From an uncultured delta proteobacterium (GTDB taxonomy: Bacteria; Myxococcota; UBA727; VGSZ01): a stretch of 64,000 nt of DNA. Position numbers and translations under genes: made by a program. This document shows, piece by piece, positions 21,155 through 31,433 of the stretch; the stretch's first letter is position 1; each line of letters starts with the position of its first letter. The notes below the pieces were generated by a model, which was not told the origin of the DNA, did not search any database, and saw only the letters and a program-made list of their open reading frames with translations. The stretch lies in assembly GCA_963775425.1 (NCBI GenBank), contig CAVZJB010000009.1:272616-336615 (forward strand). Direction: 5' to 3'.

Positions 21155-22690
21155 TCACGGGCCGACCTCGACGGCGCCCGCGGTGCACGACGACGCCTCG
21201 CGCGGGTGCCCGAGCGCGTCCGCCGCGGGGCAGTCCGCGCCCGCGCCGACGGCGGGGGAGCCCGCGGCGGGCGCGCGCACGGGGACGACGCCGCTGTCGT
21301 CGATGTCGCTGAGGGTGACGTCCTTTACCGTGACGTCCGGTGCGCACAGCGCGTCGGGGTCGTCGCTGCCGCCGCCGCTGCGCTCGACGGGGAACTGGAA
21401 GCTGCCGGCGCCGCCGTCGAGGGCGGTGGTGCAGCTCACGGGGTTGAAGCCGTTGCCCGCGACCGAGTCGAGGACGAGCGTGTTCCTCATCGTCACGCCG
21501 GCGCCGTTGCCGACGATGGCGCCGCCGAACGCGACGTCGCCGGGTGCGGCGTTGCCGGCGAAGGTGCAGTTGACCACGGCGCCGCCGAGGACGCCGTCGA
21601 GGAAGACGCCGCCGCCAAGGCCGGCGCTGGCGGTGTCGTCGAGGAAGCTCGTGTTTTCGAGGTTCACCGTGGCGCCCGGGCCGAAGTACGCGCCGCCGGC
21701 GGCGCGCGCGGTGCAGCCGACGACGGTGGAGGCGCTCATGGTGACGACGGTGCCCTGCAGGTAGAGGCCGCCGGCCATGGAGGGGTCGTGGTCGTCGATG
21801 ACGGCGCCATCGACGACGGTGCGGTCGATGTCGGTGGGCTCGGTGAAGTCGTACGCGACGCGAAAGACGGCACCGCCGAAGGCGTTTGCCCTGGAGCGCG
21901 TGATGTGGACGCCGCAGAGCGTGACGCTGCGGCCCTCGCCGTCGATGGAGAGGGTGCCGCCGTTGCCGCCGTCGCCGGGGTTTCCGCCGGTGCCGGTGGC
22001 CTGGTTGTCGTCGAAGTCGGAATTGACGACGACGAGGTCGTTGCCGAGGTTGCCGAGCGCCCCGCCGTTGCTGCAGCGGTTGCCCGAGAAGGTGGTACCG
22101 ACCACGGTGGTGAAGCCGCCGCCCTCGGAGAAGATGGCGCCGCCCGCGGTGTCCTGGCCGTCGACGTTGCCGACGTCGTCGACGAAGGAGCAGGCGATGA
22201 CGTCGAGGGTGCCGCCGACGCGGGCGATGGCCGCGCCGCCGCCGCCGAGGTCGGTGCCGGACGCGCTGCCGTCGGCGAAGCCGAGGCGCTGGACGACGAC
22301 GTGGGGCGTGTCGCGGTCGAAGGTGGAGTCGATGCGCAGGATGCGCGTGCTGCCGCCGCCGGAGAGCGTGACGGTGCCGCCGCCGTCGATGACGACGTCC
22401 TCGGTGAGGACCTTCTCGGCGGTGACGGTGACGGTGACGGGGGCGGGGCCGCAGTCGAAGCGGATCTTGGCGGCGTGCTGCCCGAGGGCGGCGTCGAGGG
22501 CGGCCTCGGTGCAGGAGGCTGCGCCGCCGTCGCCGACGACGACGGCGTCGCCGACCTCGACGGGCTCGAGCGGGGCGGGACAGACGACGGCGGCCCCCGC
22601 GCCCGGCGAAGGCGGAGGCGAAGGCGCCGGCCCGCAGGCGATTGCGAGGGCGGTGGCGAGCAGGCCGGCGGCGGAGCGGGCGAGCGGCAT
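21155..22690 (-). CDS. secreted lipoprotein with right-handed parallel beta-helix repeats
   Basis: Lipobox LATALAIAC. Repeated G-rich beta-helix turns (GGAIF.., NCTFAGN.., VVNSDFDDN..). Confidence 0.7.
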   Translation of the reverse strand: MPLARSAAGLLATALAIACGPAPSPPPSPGAGAAVVCPAPLEPVEVGDAVVVGDGGAASCTEAALDAALGQHAAKIRFDCGPAPVTVTVTAEKVLTEDVVIDGGGTVTLSGGGSTRILRIDSTFDRDTPHVVVQRLGFADGSASGTDLGGGGAAIARVGGTLDVIACSFVDDVGNVDGQDTAGGAIFSEGGGFTTVVGTTFSGNRCSNGGALGNLGNDLVVVNSDFDDNQATGTGGNPGDGGNGGTLSIDGEGRSVTLCGVHITRSRANAFGGAVFRVAYDFTEPTDIDRTVVDGAVIDDHDPSMAGGLYLQGTVVTMSASTVVGCTARAAGGAYFGPGATVNLENTSFLDDTASAGLGGGVFLDGVLGGAVVNCTFAGNAAPGDVAFGGAIVGNGAGVTMRNTLVLDSVAGNGFNPVSCTTALDGGAGSFQFPVERSGGGSDDPDALCAPDVTVKDVTLSDIDDSGVVPVRAPAAGSPAVGAGADCPAADALGHPREASSCTAGAVEVGP

Positions 22691-22825
22691 GGGACGACGC
22701 TACTGCGCGGCCGGGGCGACCGGGATCACAGGCCGGACCCGGCCGACACGGATCCGGGCGGGTGGCGCCAAGCCCCGGGCAAGTCCGCGCGGCAGCCCCG
22801 CGCCAACCCCCATGAGGTCCTTTCC

Positions 22826-23614
22826 ATGTCCATGAACGTCCTCGGCCAAAGCGAACGCCCGGCAGGCGCCCTGGCGCTCCCGCTGGCCATCACCGCCCTG
22901 CTCGCGCTCGCCGCTTTGTCGGCCCCCGGCTGCATCGTCTACGACGACCGCGGCGGCGGCAACGACTGGAGCTGGAACGGCGGCGACTGCGGCGCGTGCA
23001 CCGCGAGCGACGACGCCGACGGCGACGGCCTGCCGGACGCCGACGAGCCCGGGTGCAACCTCGACCCCAACAACCCCGACACCGACGGCGACGGCGTCCT
23101 CGACGGCGACGAGGACCTCGACGGCGACGGCTTCACCACGTCGCAGGAGCTGGCCTTCGGCTCCAACTGCGCCGACGGCAGCGACTTCCCCGGCAGCGCC
23201 GGCGAAGGCGAGGGCGAGGGCGATGTCGACGGAGACGTCGACCAGGACGGCGACGGCATGACGGCGAGCGAAGAGGACGAGTGCGGCACGAGCGACTGGT
23301 TCTCGGACAGCGACAACGACGGCGTGCTCGACGTCGACGAGGACCTCGACGGCGACGGCTACAGCAACGCCTGGGAGATCGCGGCCGGGACGAGCTGCTG
23401 GGATCCGACGAGCCACCCGCCGGCGGGCAGCCAGCCCCCCGACGGCGTCGACCCGCCGCCCGCGGACAGCGACCAGGACGGCGTGTCCGACGCCGACGAG
23501 GCCGCCCGCGGCACCGACCCCAACAACCCCGACACCGACGGCGACGGCCAGTGCGACGCCGCCGAGATCGAGTGCGGCAGCTCTCCGCTCGACCCGTTCA
23601 TCACCTGCACCTGA
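22826..23614 (+). CDS. lipoprotein with thrombospondin type-3 (DxDxDG) calcium-binding repeats
   Basis: MSMNVLG...LAALSAPGC lipobox. Multiple DADGDG/DTDGDG/DLDGDG/DSDNDG repeats. gagg SD about 8 nt upstream. Start is residue 717 of ORF 20678..23614 (coordinate arithmetic checked). Confidence 0.75.
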   Translation: MSMNVLGQSERPAGALALPLAITALLALAALSAPGCIVYDDRGGGNDWSWNGGDCGACTASDDADGDGLPDADEPGCNLDPNNPDTDGDGVLDGDEDLDGDGFTTSQELAFGSNCADGSDFPGSAGEGEGEGDVDGDVDQDGDGMTASEEDECGTSDWFSDSDNDGVLDVDEDLDGDGYSNAWEIAAGTSCWDPTSHPPAGSQPPDGVDPPPADSDQDGVSDADEAARGTDPNNPDTDGDGQCDAAEIECGSSPLDPFITCT

Positions 23615-23680
23615 CCCGGGCGGGCCGCGCCCCGCGAACAGACCGAGCGCCAGCCGCCAGCCGCCAGCCGTCAGCCGTCG

Positions 23681-24023
23681 TCACCGGCGGCGGCGGCGGC
23701 GGCGCATGGCGTCGACGTCGCGCAGGGCGGCGGCGAGGACCTCGGGATCGCCGGCGACGAGCCGCAGCCGGCGGGCCCGATCGAGCTTCTTCAGGGCGAC
23801 CTCGAGGCGGCGCGCCTTGGTCTCCGAGCGCAGCGGGTGCGCGAACGCGAGGGCGACCGGCCGCCGGCACCGCGTGTACGAGCCGCCGCGCCCCGCGTTG
23901 TGGGTGGCGAGGCGCTTGTCGAGAATCGTTGGTGACGCCGACGTAGAGCGAGTCGTCGGCGCAGCGTACGAGGTAGACGGTCCACACGCGCGCGGCGCTA
24001 GCGTCCTCGTCCCCGGCCCACAA
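23681..24023 (-). CDS. GIY-YIG (UPF0213/YhbQ-like) nuclease-family protein, frameshifted
   Basis: Frame 1 reads VWTVYLVRCADDSLYVGVTND. Frame 2 continues (I)LDKRLATHNAGRGGSYTRCRRPVALAF...KARRLEVALKKL. Junction at gat|t|ctc, about 23924. Confidence 0.6.
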
Positions 24024-24056
24024 GGCACGCCGCGCGGTTCACGCAAGAGACGGGCG

Positions 24057-27000
24057 TCAGGCCGCGGAGACGTCGACGCGGCTCTTGCCGCCGCCGAGCG
24101 GGACCACGCGGACCTGCGCGCCGATGCGCTCGGCGAGCGCGGGCAGGTGCGAGATGACGCCGATCTGCCGGCCGGTGGCGCGCAGCGCCTCGAGCGCCGC
24201 CAGCGCCGCCTCGAGGGTCTCCGGGTCGAGGCTCGAGAAACCCTCGTCGATGAACAGGGACTCCACCGGCGTCCGCGCCGCCGACAGCGCCGACAACCCC
24301 AGCGCCAAGGACAGCGACACCAAGAAGGTCTCTCCGCCCGACAGCGAGCCCACCGCGCGCGGCTCGTCGCCGCTTTCGCAATCGACGACGACGAGATCGA
24401 GGTCGAAGCGCGCGCGCTTGTCGCCGCCGCCGGCGCGCTCGAGGCGGTAGCGCGGCGCGAGCATCGCGAGCTGCGCGTTGGCGTGCACGAGCAGCGCGTC
24501 GAGCGTGAGGCTCTGCGCGAACACGCGGAAGCGCGCGCCGTCGGCGGAGCCAATCACGTCGCTCAAGCGCTCCCAGGTGAGCGCCCGTGCGCGCTGCGCC
24601 TCGAGCCTCGGGAGGAGCAGCCCCGCGCGCCGCCGCGCATCGTCGTCGCGCGCGAGCGCCGCGCGGGCGCCGGCCCAGCGCTCGGTCGCGACGGCGAGCG
24701 CCGCCCGCGCGTCGTCGACGGTGTCCGGCGCCTGCGCCGGCGCGCCCTCGCCGTGCGCCTGCGCCGCCGACGCGCGCTCCGCGAGCACGGCCTCCGCGCG
24801 GGCGACGGCGTCGTCGAGCGCGCGCACCGCGGCGCGGGCGCGCTCGAGGGCGCCGTCGTCGAGAGCGCAGGCGCGGGCGAGCGCGTGATCGTCGTCGACG
24901 TCGCTGACGTCGCTGACGTCGCTGACGCGCGGCCCGGCGGCGCCGAGGCCCCCGTCGGGGACGGCGGGCCCCCCTCGGGCGAGCCGCCCACCGGGGCGCG
25001 CCGCGCGGCGGGCCGCCTCGAGCGCGGCGCGGGCGTCGTCGTGCGCGCGGCGGGCGCGCTCGTCGCCGTCGAGGGCGCCGGCGCGCCCGGCCTCGGCCTG
25101 GCCGCAGCGCACCTCGGCGGCGGCCAGGGCGACGGCGGCCTCGGCCGCGGCGGCGCGCGCCTCGTCGAGGGCGGCGGTCAGGCGCCCGCGGACCTCGGCG
25201 ACCGACGCGCCGTCGAACAGCGCCGCGCGGGCCCGCAACAGCTCCGCCTCGTGCGCCCGCGCCTCCGCCGCGCGTGACGCCAGCGACGCCTCGCGCTCGG
25301 CGGCGGCGGCGCGGCGCTGCTCGAGCGCGCGCAGGGCGGGCTCGCTGTGCGCGAGCGCGGCCCGGGCGCGCAGCGCGATCTGCTGTTGCGCGCGCAGCCC
25401 CTCGACGCGCGGCTGCAGCGCGCGCAGCAAGGCGCGCGGCGAGGCGAGCGCATCGGCGGACGCGGCGCGCGCGTCCCCCTCCGCGCCGCCGTGCGGATCC
25501 AGGCGCGCGCGCAGAGACGCCGCGCGCTCGTCGCGGGCGACGACGCGGCCCTCGACGTCGTGCACGCGCAGGGCGAGGGCCTGCTCGTCCGCGGCGACCG
25601 CGGCCCCGGCGTCTGCCAACGCGCGCTCCATCGATCGGACGCGCTCGTCCGCGGCGCGCGCCCGGGCGAGCGCCGCGCGGCCGCGGGCGAGGGCGTCTTC
25701 GTCGAGGGCCGGCCCGCGCCGCTCGGCTTCGAGCCGCGCGACGTCCTCGTCGACGCGCGCCTGCTCGCCCGCCGCGTGCGCCAGCGCGCGCTCGATCTCG
25801 GCGGCGCGCGCCCGGGCCGCCGCGGCGCGCTCGCCCTGCCCACGCGCCGCGTCCTCGAGCGCCTCCAGCGGCGCGGCGGGCGCGTCGACCGCGGCGTCGT
25901 CCATCGGCGCGCCGTCGACGGCGGGGTGCGCGCGGCTCCCGCACAGCGGACACGGCTCGCCGTCGCGCAGCCGCGCGCGCCGCGCGCACGAGAGCGCCTC
26001 GCTCGCGCGGGCGCGCGCCTCGTCCGCGGCGCGCGCCTCGTCGACGGCGGCCGCGCGATCTGCGCGCAAGGCCGCGGCGCGGCTGAGCACACGCGCCCGC
26101 TCGGCGTCGAGCGCGCGGCGGTGCATCAAATCGGCCGCGGCCCCGGCGAGGATGCCGGCGGCGTCGTCGACGTCGCCGTCGCCCACCACCGCCGCGAGCG
26201 CCGCGCGCGCCTGGCCCAGCTCCGCGCCGGCGGCCGCGAGGCTCGCCGCCGCTTCGTCGCGCGCCGCGCGGGCCTCGTCCCGGTTGCGGGCCGCCGCGGC
26301 GGCGAACGCGCGCGCGCCCTCGAGCTCGGTGTCGAAGCGCGCGAGCTTGTCGAGGTCTGCCGCCAGCGCCTCCCACGACGGGATCAGCGCCACCAACGAC
26401 GGCTCGCGGGCGAGCACCTCTTCGGCGCGGTGGAGATCGCCGGCCGCCACCGCGCGGCTGACGGTCAGCTCGGCGAGCTCGCGCTCCACGCCGGCGAGCT
26501 CGTCCGCGGCGCGCGCGTGCGCGTCGACGGCGGCGGCGGTGCCGGCGCGCACGATCTGTTCGTCGAGCCGCAGCGCGCGCTCGAGCTCCGGCTCCGCGTC
26601 GGCGAGCACGCGGGCATGGTGGACGAACGCCTCGTCGGCGCGTGCGCGCCGCTCGCGCGCGCTGGCGACGTCGCCGCGCGCCCGTCGCTCGTCGTCACGC
26701 GCGCGCTCCGCCGCCCGCGCCGCACGCTCCGCCGCCGCCCGCGCCGCGCGCTCCGCCGCCGCGGGCGCCCGCAGCGGCCACACCCGCTCGAGCTCCGCGA
26801 GCTCCTGCGCCGCGGGGGCGCTCGCGCGGGCGCGCCGGGCGGCGTCGACGTCGACGGCCGCGGCTGCGGCGGCGCGCTCGAGCTCCAGCGCGCGCTCGTC
26901 GTGCCGCCGGCGCGCCTCGGCCGCCTCGAGCGCCCCTGCGGCGGCGGCGCGCGCGGCGTCGGCGTCGGCGTCGGCGCTCTCGAGGCACCGGCGCTCGTCG

Positions 27001-27687
27001 TCGCCGGCCGGCGGCATGGCGCGCAGCTCGTCCTCGAGGGAGCGCAGCGCGCGCGCCTCCTCCTTGCTGCGCTCGTGGGCCTGCACGGAGAGCGTCGAGT
27101 ACAGATCCGTGCCCGTGATCTTTTCGAGGAGCGCCGCGCGGTCGTCGGCGCGCGCCTTCAAGAAGCTCGCGAAGCCGCCCTGGGCGAGCAGCACCGAGCG
27201 GCAGCACTCGTCGAAGGTGAGGCCGAGGCGGGCGCGGATGTGCTCGAGCGTGTCCTCCTTGCCGTCGCCGGCGCGCTCGCCGGTGACGACGTCATGAAGC
27301 GTGAGCACCTCTTCCTGCAGGCGGCCGAAGGCCTGGCCGCGGGCGCGCCGCACCGTCCAGCGCGCGCGCCACACGCGCCCGTCGACGCCGCTGAAGTCCA
27401 CCTCGGCGAACGCGGTGGCGGCCATCCGGCGCACGAGGCTCTTGGGATCGTTGGCGCGCAGCGACGCGCCGTCCTTCTTGAGCGGAGATCCGCCGCGCCC
27501 CGACAGCCGCGGCGTGCGGTTGAAGAGCGCGAGGCACATCGCGTCGAGGAGCGTGGACTTGCCCGAGCCGACGGGGCCGGCGATGGCGAACAGGCCGAGG
27601 TGGCACAGCGGCGGCTGCGCGAGAATCGACGGCGAAGCCGCCCTTGAGCGACGCGAGGTTGGCGCCGCGGATGGCGAGGATCCTCAC
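24057..27687 (-). CDS. sbcC: SbcC (Rad50-like) ATPase subunit of the SbcCD nuclease, with 1-nt insertion frameshift about 20 codons after the start
   Basis: N-terminus VRILAIRGANLASLKGGFAVD, then after the shift LAQPPLCHLGLFAIAGPVGSGKSTLLDAMCLALF (Walker A). Long coiled coil with CPLCGS zinc hook. C-terminus has SLSGGETFLVSLSLALGL and DEGFSSLD (signature/Walker B). GTGA overlap with sbcD. Confidence 0.85.
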
Positions 27688-28973
27688 GGCCGCTCCCCCT
27701 CGTCGGCGGCCCTCGCCGGCACGGTGGACGGCGGCACCGTGGACGGCGGCACCGTCGACGACGGCGCGACGGCCTCCATCAGCTCGAAGAAGGCGCCGCG
27801 GATGTCGTCCGGGACGGCGCCGCCGTAGGTGCGCTCGTAGAGCCGCTCGAGCACGTGAACGGGCTCGATGTCCTGCAGCGAGGCGGCGGCGGCGACGTCG
27901 GCGAGGGGGCCGCCGTCGCCGGCGAGCGCCCGGTGCACGCGCACGAGCCGCACCGGCTTCCCCTCGAGCGCCGCCTCCACGCGCGCGCGCAGGTCGGGGC
28001 ACGGGGCGTCGAGCTTGACGCGCACCTCGAGGAGCGGCCGCGCGTCGACGGGGGCGTCCGGGAGATCGAGCGCGCGCAGGCGGGCGAGGACGTCGTCGAC
28101 GCCGGCGGCGGCCTCGGGGACGCGCAGCAGGTCGACGGCGCGCGGGACGAAGAGCGGGCGGACGCGGGCCTCGGGGAGGTCGACGACGAGCACCTGGTGG
28201 CGGTAGGCGCGCTCGGTCATCGACAGCGGGATGGGCGAGCCGCTGTAGCGGACGTTGTCGCGGCCGGCGACGTCCTGCGCGAGGTGGAGGTGGCCGAGCG
28301 CGACGTAGTCGACGTCGTCGGGGAAGATGTCGGCGGGGAGCGCGTGGACGTTGCCGAACACGGGGCGCTCGCTGTCCTCCGTGAGGCGCCCGCCCTGCAT
28401 GTGGCAGTGCCCGAGCGCGACGAGCGACTGCCCGGGGTGGCGCCGCGCGCGCGCGTGGTCCAGCACGCGGGCGTAGGCGTCGGCGACGCCGGCGACGACG
28501 GCGTCGCTGACGTCGGCGGGCTGGGGCGCGAGGTCCGCCATGCGCAGGAAGGGCAAGGCGGCGCACCACGCCTCGACGTCGCCGCCGTCACCGGTGAGCG
28601 GAACGACGCAAGACGCCGCGTCCACCTCGCCGGACGCGCGGGGCAGGGCCCCAACGACGTGCACGTCGAGCTCGCGCAGGATGGGGCCGGGCGCATCGAG
28701 GCGCGGCGCGGCGTCGTGGTTTCCGCCGATGACGACGATGTCGAGCCGCGGGAAGCGGCGCCGCGCCTCGGCGAGCCAGCGGTAGTACTGCGACTGCGCG
28801 GACGCGGGGGCGTTGCCGGTGTCGAAGACGTCGCCGCAGACGACGACGGCGTCGGCGCGCTCGTCCTCGATGCGATCGAGCAGCCACGCCATGAAGCGCT
28901 GGTGCTCCACGGCCCGCGAGAAGCCGCCGAGGGTCTGCCCCAGGTGCCAGTCGCCGGTGTGGATCAGCCGCAA
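27684..28973 (-). CDS. sbcD: SbcD (Mre11-like) nuclease subunit
   Basis: MRLIHTGDWHLG, GNHD, GHxH phosphoesterase motifs. C-terminal STVPPSTVPPSTVP repeat. Confidence 0.85.
   Translation of the reverse strand: MRLIHTGDWHLGQTLGGFSRAVEHQRFMAWLLDRIEDERADAVVVCGDVFDTGNAPASAQSQYYRWLAEARRRFPRLDIVVIGGNHDAAPRLDAPGPILRELDVHVVGALPRASGEVDAASCVVPLTGDGGDVEAWCAALPFLRMADLAPQPADVSDAVVAGVADAYARVLDHARARRHPGQSLVALGHCHMQGGRLTEDSERPVFGNVHALPADIFPDDVDYVALGHLHLAQDVAGRDNVRYSGSPIPLSMTERAYRHQVLVVDLPEARVRPLFVPRAVDLLRVPEAAAGVDDVLARLRALDLPDAPVDARPLLEVRVKLDAPCPDLRARVEAALEGKPVRLVRVHRALAGDGGPLADVAAAASLQDIEPVHVLERLYERTYGGAVPDDIRGAFFELMEAVAPSSTVPPSTVPPSTVPARAADEGERP
27711..27755. repeat. 3 x 15-nt tandem repeat (accgtggacggcggc) within the sbcD 3' end
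   Basis: Seen directly; encodes (STVPP)3. Confidence 0.6.
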
Positions 28974-29106
28974 CGCGCCCTCCTATGAGGACATCCGCGC
29001 GACCCCCTCGAAATTTGCGCCGGATCCGCCACAGCGCCTGTAAATCTGATCCACGCCGCTCATTTTTGGAAGCGTGAAAGTGACCGGCGGGCTACCGGCG
29101 CCCGGC

Positions 29107-30258
29107 TCACCGCTCGTTCCAGTCCTTGGTGCCGTCGTCGGCGACGGCCCAGGTGCCGACCCAGCGCTTGCGCGCCTCGTCGATGACGCTCAGGTACTGC
29201 TCCGACTCTTCCTCCACCTGCCGCAGCACGGCGACGCTGCCGCTTTGGCGATCGCGGACGACGGTGAGGAGGCCCTTGTTGTCGAGCCGCGTGATGCTCG
29301 AGCCGGAGTTGTCGCGCACGGCGTGCAGCAGGGTCTTGGCGCCCGGGATGGAGCGGAGCTCGGCCACCGAGAGCTTCTCGAGGGAGCCGTCCTTGAGGCC
29401 CTTGTCGAGGTCAAAGGCGCCGTCGGCCCTCGAGAAGCGCTTGCCCCACGCGCTGCGGACCGCCTTGGTCTTGGTCGACGGCTGCTTGCCCGCGTCGCCG
29501 TAGTCGTTGACCTCGTCGAGGGTGACGTCGAGGGTGAGGAAGGGCTTTCGGGCGTTGCCCTTGACGAGCCCGATCTTCTCCGTACCCGCGCGCAACAGCG
29601 AGCCCGCGTCCGCCGACGAAAAGCCGCTCATCCCGTTGTCTCGTTGGATCCACGTGTCCGCGGGGAGCTTGCCCTCGCGCGGCGAGACCACGAGCCAGTA
29701 GGGCGGCAGGTCGGGGCGCGCGAGCGGCGGATCGAGGCGCGACGCGGTGATCATCACCTTGTCGGTGAGCGCGAGGACGACGTCCTTGGCGGTGGCGCCG
29801 GCGAGCGCCTCCTTGAAGTCGATGTCGACGGCGACGTGCCCGCGCGACTCCTTCACCGTCACGCCGGACACCGCCGTGCCCGCCTTCGACGGGATCTTGA
29901 GGCCCGTGATGCGCTCGTAGTCCGCGCGAAAGGCCTGCGGCAGGAAGCGGGCGGACTGCGGCGTCAAGACGCCGCCCGTCGCCTTGGCCGCCTGCTCCGC
30001 CGCCTCCGTCGCCAGCGCCGCGTCGGTGTCGTACGCCTTCGACAGCGGGAGCGCGCCGCGCGCGGTGTCCTCGATGGCCTTGAGGTTGTCGAAGATGAGC
30101 GCGACGTCGGGATCGCGCTGCTTCGCCGACGCCTCGAAGTGCAGCTTGCTCGACAGCGATCGCGCGCCGACGCCCTGCGCGAGCGGCCCGACGATGCCTT
30201 CGAAGAGCTGCCGGTGGGCCTGGCCGAACGCGGAAGGGGAGAGAGACTTCAGACCCAT
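29107..30258 (-). CDS. hypothetical cytoplasmic protein (383 aa)
   Basis: Uniform high GC3. Start MGLKSL chosen because ccggaGGcacattccATG gives a good SD. No signal peptide or recognisable domain. Confidence 0.5.
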   Translation of the reverse strand: MGLKSLSPSAFGQAHRQLFEGIVGPLAQGVGARSLSSKLHFEASAKQRDPDVALIFDNLKAIEDTARGALPLSKAYDTDAALATEAAEQAAKATGGVLTPQSARFLPQAFRADYERITGLKIPSKAGTAVSGVTVKESRGHVAVDIDFKEALAGATAKDVVLALTDKVMITASRLDPPLARPDLPPYWLVVSPREGKLPADTWIQRDNGMSGFSSADAGSLLRAGTEKIGLVKGNARKPFLTLDVTLDEVNDYGDAGKQPSTKTKAVRSAWGKRFSRADGAFDLDKGLKDGSLEKLSVAELRSIPGAKTLLHAVRDNSGSSITRLDNKGLLTVVRDRQSGSVAVLRQVEEESEQYLSVIDEARKRWVGTWAVADDGTKDWNER

Positions 30259-30382
30259 GGAATGTGCCTCCGGGACGTACATGTAGGTCTTCGGAGCAAA
30301 TCTTCCGAAGTTGCGCGATCCCGGGGATTTCCCCTGCTGCGTCGGACGCTTGGACGATGTCTTGCCCGCCGGCGCCGCCTGG

Positions 30383-31381
30383 TCAGATGCGGTAGCCGAA
30401 CGCCCGCAGGACGTCGACGTGGTAGGTGTGCCGCGACTCGGCGGCGCCCTTCTTCACGACGTAGCGGCCGCCGTCGGCGGGGTCCCAGCGCACGCTGTCG
30501 ATGTCGTGGCCGCCGCGCTTGAGCGCGTTTTCGATGAGGAATGCCGCGAGGACGTCGGGCTTGTCGTAGTGCTGCACGCTGCCGCCGACGTCGAGCTTGT
30601 AGCGTCCCGCGTCGAACGACACCGGCCACGGCAGGCTCAAGGTCTCCCGGGAAAAGAGGTTGAGCACGTGCGAGCCGCGCAGCGTGCAGGGGCGGCCGCG
30701 GTTGAGCTCGAGGTCTTCCTTGTAGTGCACGCCGACGTGGCGATAGGTCTCCTCGGCCGCCGCCTGCATCGCCTCGAAGCCGCCCGCCGCGTAGTCGGAG
30801 CGCTTGGTGGTCTGGGCCCAGTAGCTGAGCTGGTAGGTGTCGTAGGGGTGGTCGCCGGCGCCGACCTTGAGCGCGCGCACCTCGTCGGCGGTGACGTTGC
30901 CGCGGCGGAGCAGCTCGCGCATGGCGTGGTCGATGTCGATGCTGCGGTTCGTCGAGAAATTCGCGAGCGCGGCCTTGGCGTCAGGCGTGGTCCTGGCCGC
31001 GAGCAGCGCGGCGAAGACGCTCACGCGCTGCTTGCCCGAGACCCCGCTGCCCTTGCCCACCTCGCTCAGCACGGCGAGCGCGTCCTTGAGGTCGACGATG
31101 CCGTCGTCCTTCTCGAGCTTGTCGAGGAGCTTGGCGGGCTTGCCGCGCAGCGCGGTGAGGAACACCTCGAGCGCCTCCTTGTCCTTGGGCGCGCCCGCCT
31201 GCGTCTTCACGCCCTCGAACGTGTCGAACAGGTCCTTGCGATCGGTGTCGCTCAAACGGCCGATGTCGCCGACGAGCCCGGCGACCTCGGACGTGCTGTT
31301 CTTCCCGTCGGCGACCATCTCGCGCGCGCGGCGCAAAACGTCGACCACAGGCGGGCTCAGCGAAGAAGGGATCTGGGACAC
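30383..31381 (-). CDS. hypothetical cytoplasmic protein (332 aa)
   Basis: GTG start 5 nt after a GGAGG. High GC3. The Ser/Arg-rich ORF N-terminal extension is rejected. Confidence 0.5.
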   Translation of the reverse strand: MSQIPSSLSPPVVDVLRRAREMVADGKNSTSEVAGLVGDIGRLSDTDRKDLFDTFEGVKTQAGAPKDKEALEVFLTALRGKPAKLLDKLEKDDGIVDLKDALAVLSEVGKGSGVSGKQRVSVFAALLAARTTPDAKAALANFSTNRSIDIDHAMRELLRRGNVTADEVRALKVGAGDHPYDTYQLSYWAQTTKRSDYAAGGFEAMQAAAEETYRHVGVHYKEDLELNRGRPCTLRGSHVLNLFSRETLSLPWPVSFDAGRYKLDVGGSVQHYDKPDVLAAFLIENALKRGGHDIDSVRWDPADGGRYVVKKGAAESRHTYHVDVLRAFGYRI

Positions 31382-31433
31382 ATCTACCTCCGGGGCTCGA
31401 GCGTAGGTCGCGTGGCCGCGCCCCGTCGACGGG

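Noticed and set aside
24563-27647. Multiple long Arg/Ala-rich ORFs on both strands inside sbcC
   Set aside because: Alternate frames of the Ala/Arg/Glu-rich coiled-coil coding region. The real product is SbcC, with Walker A, zinc hook and signature motifs in one frame.
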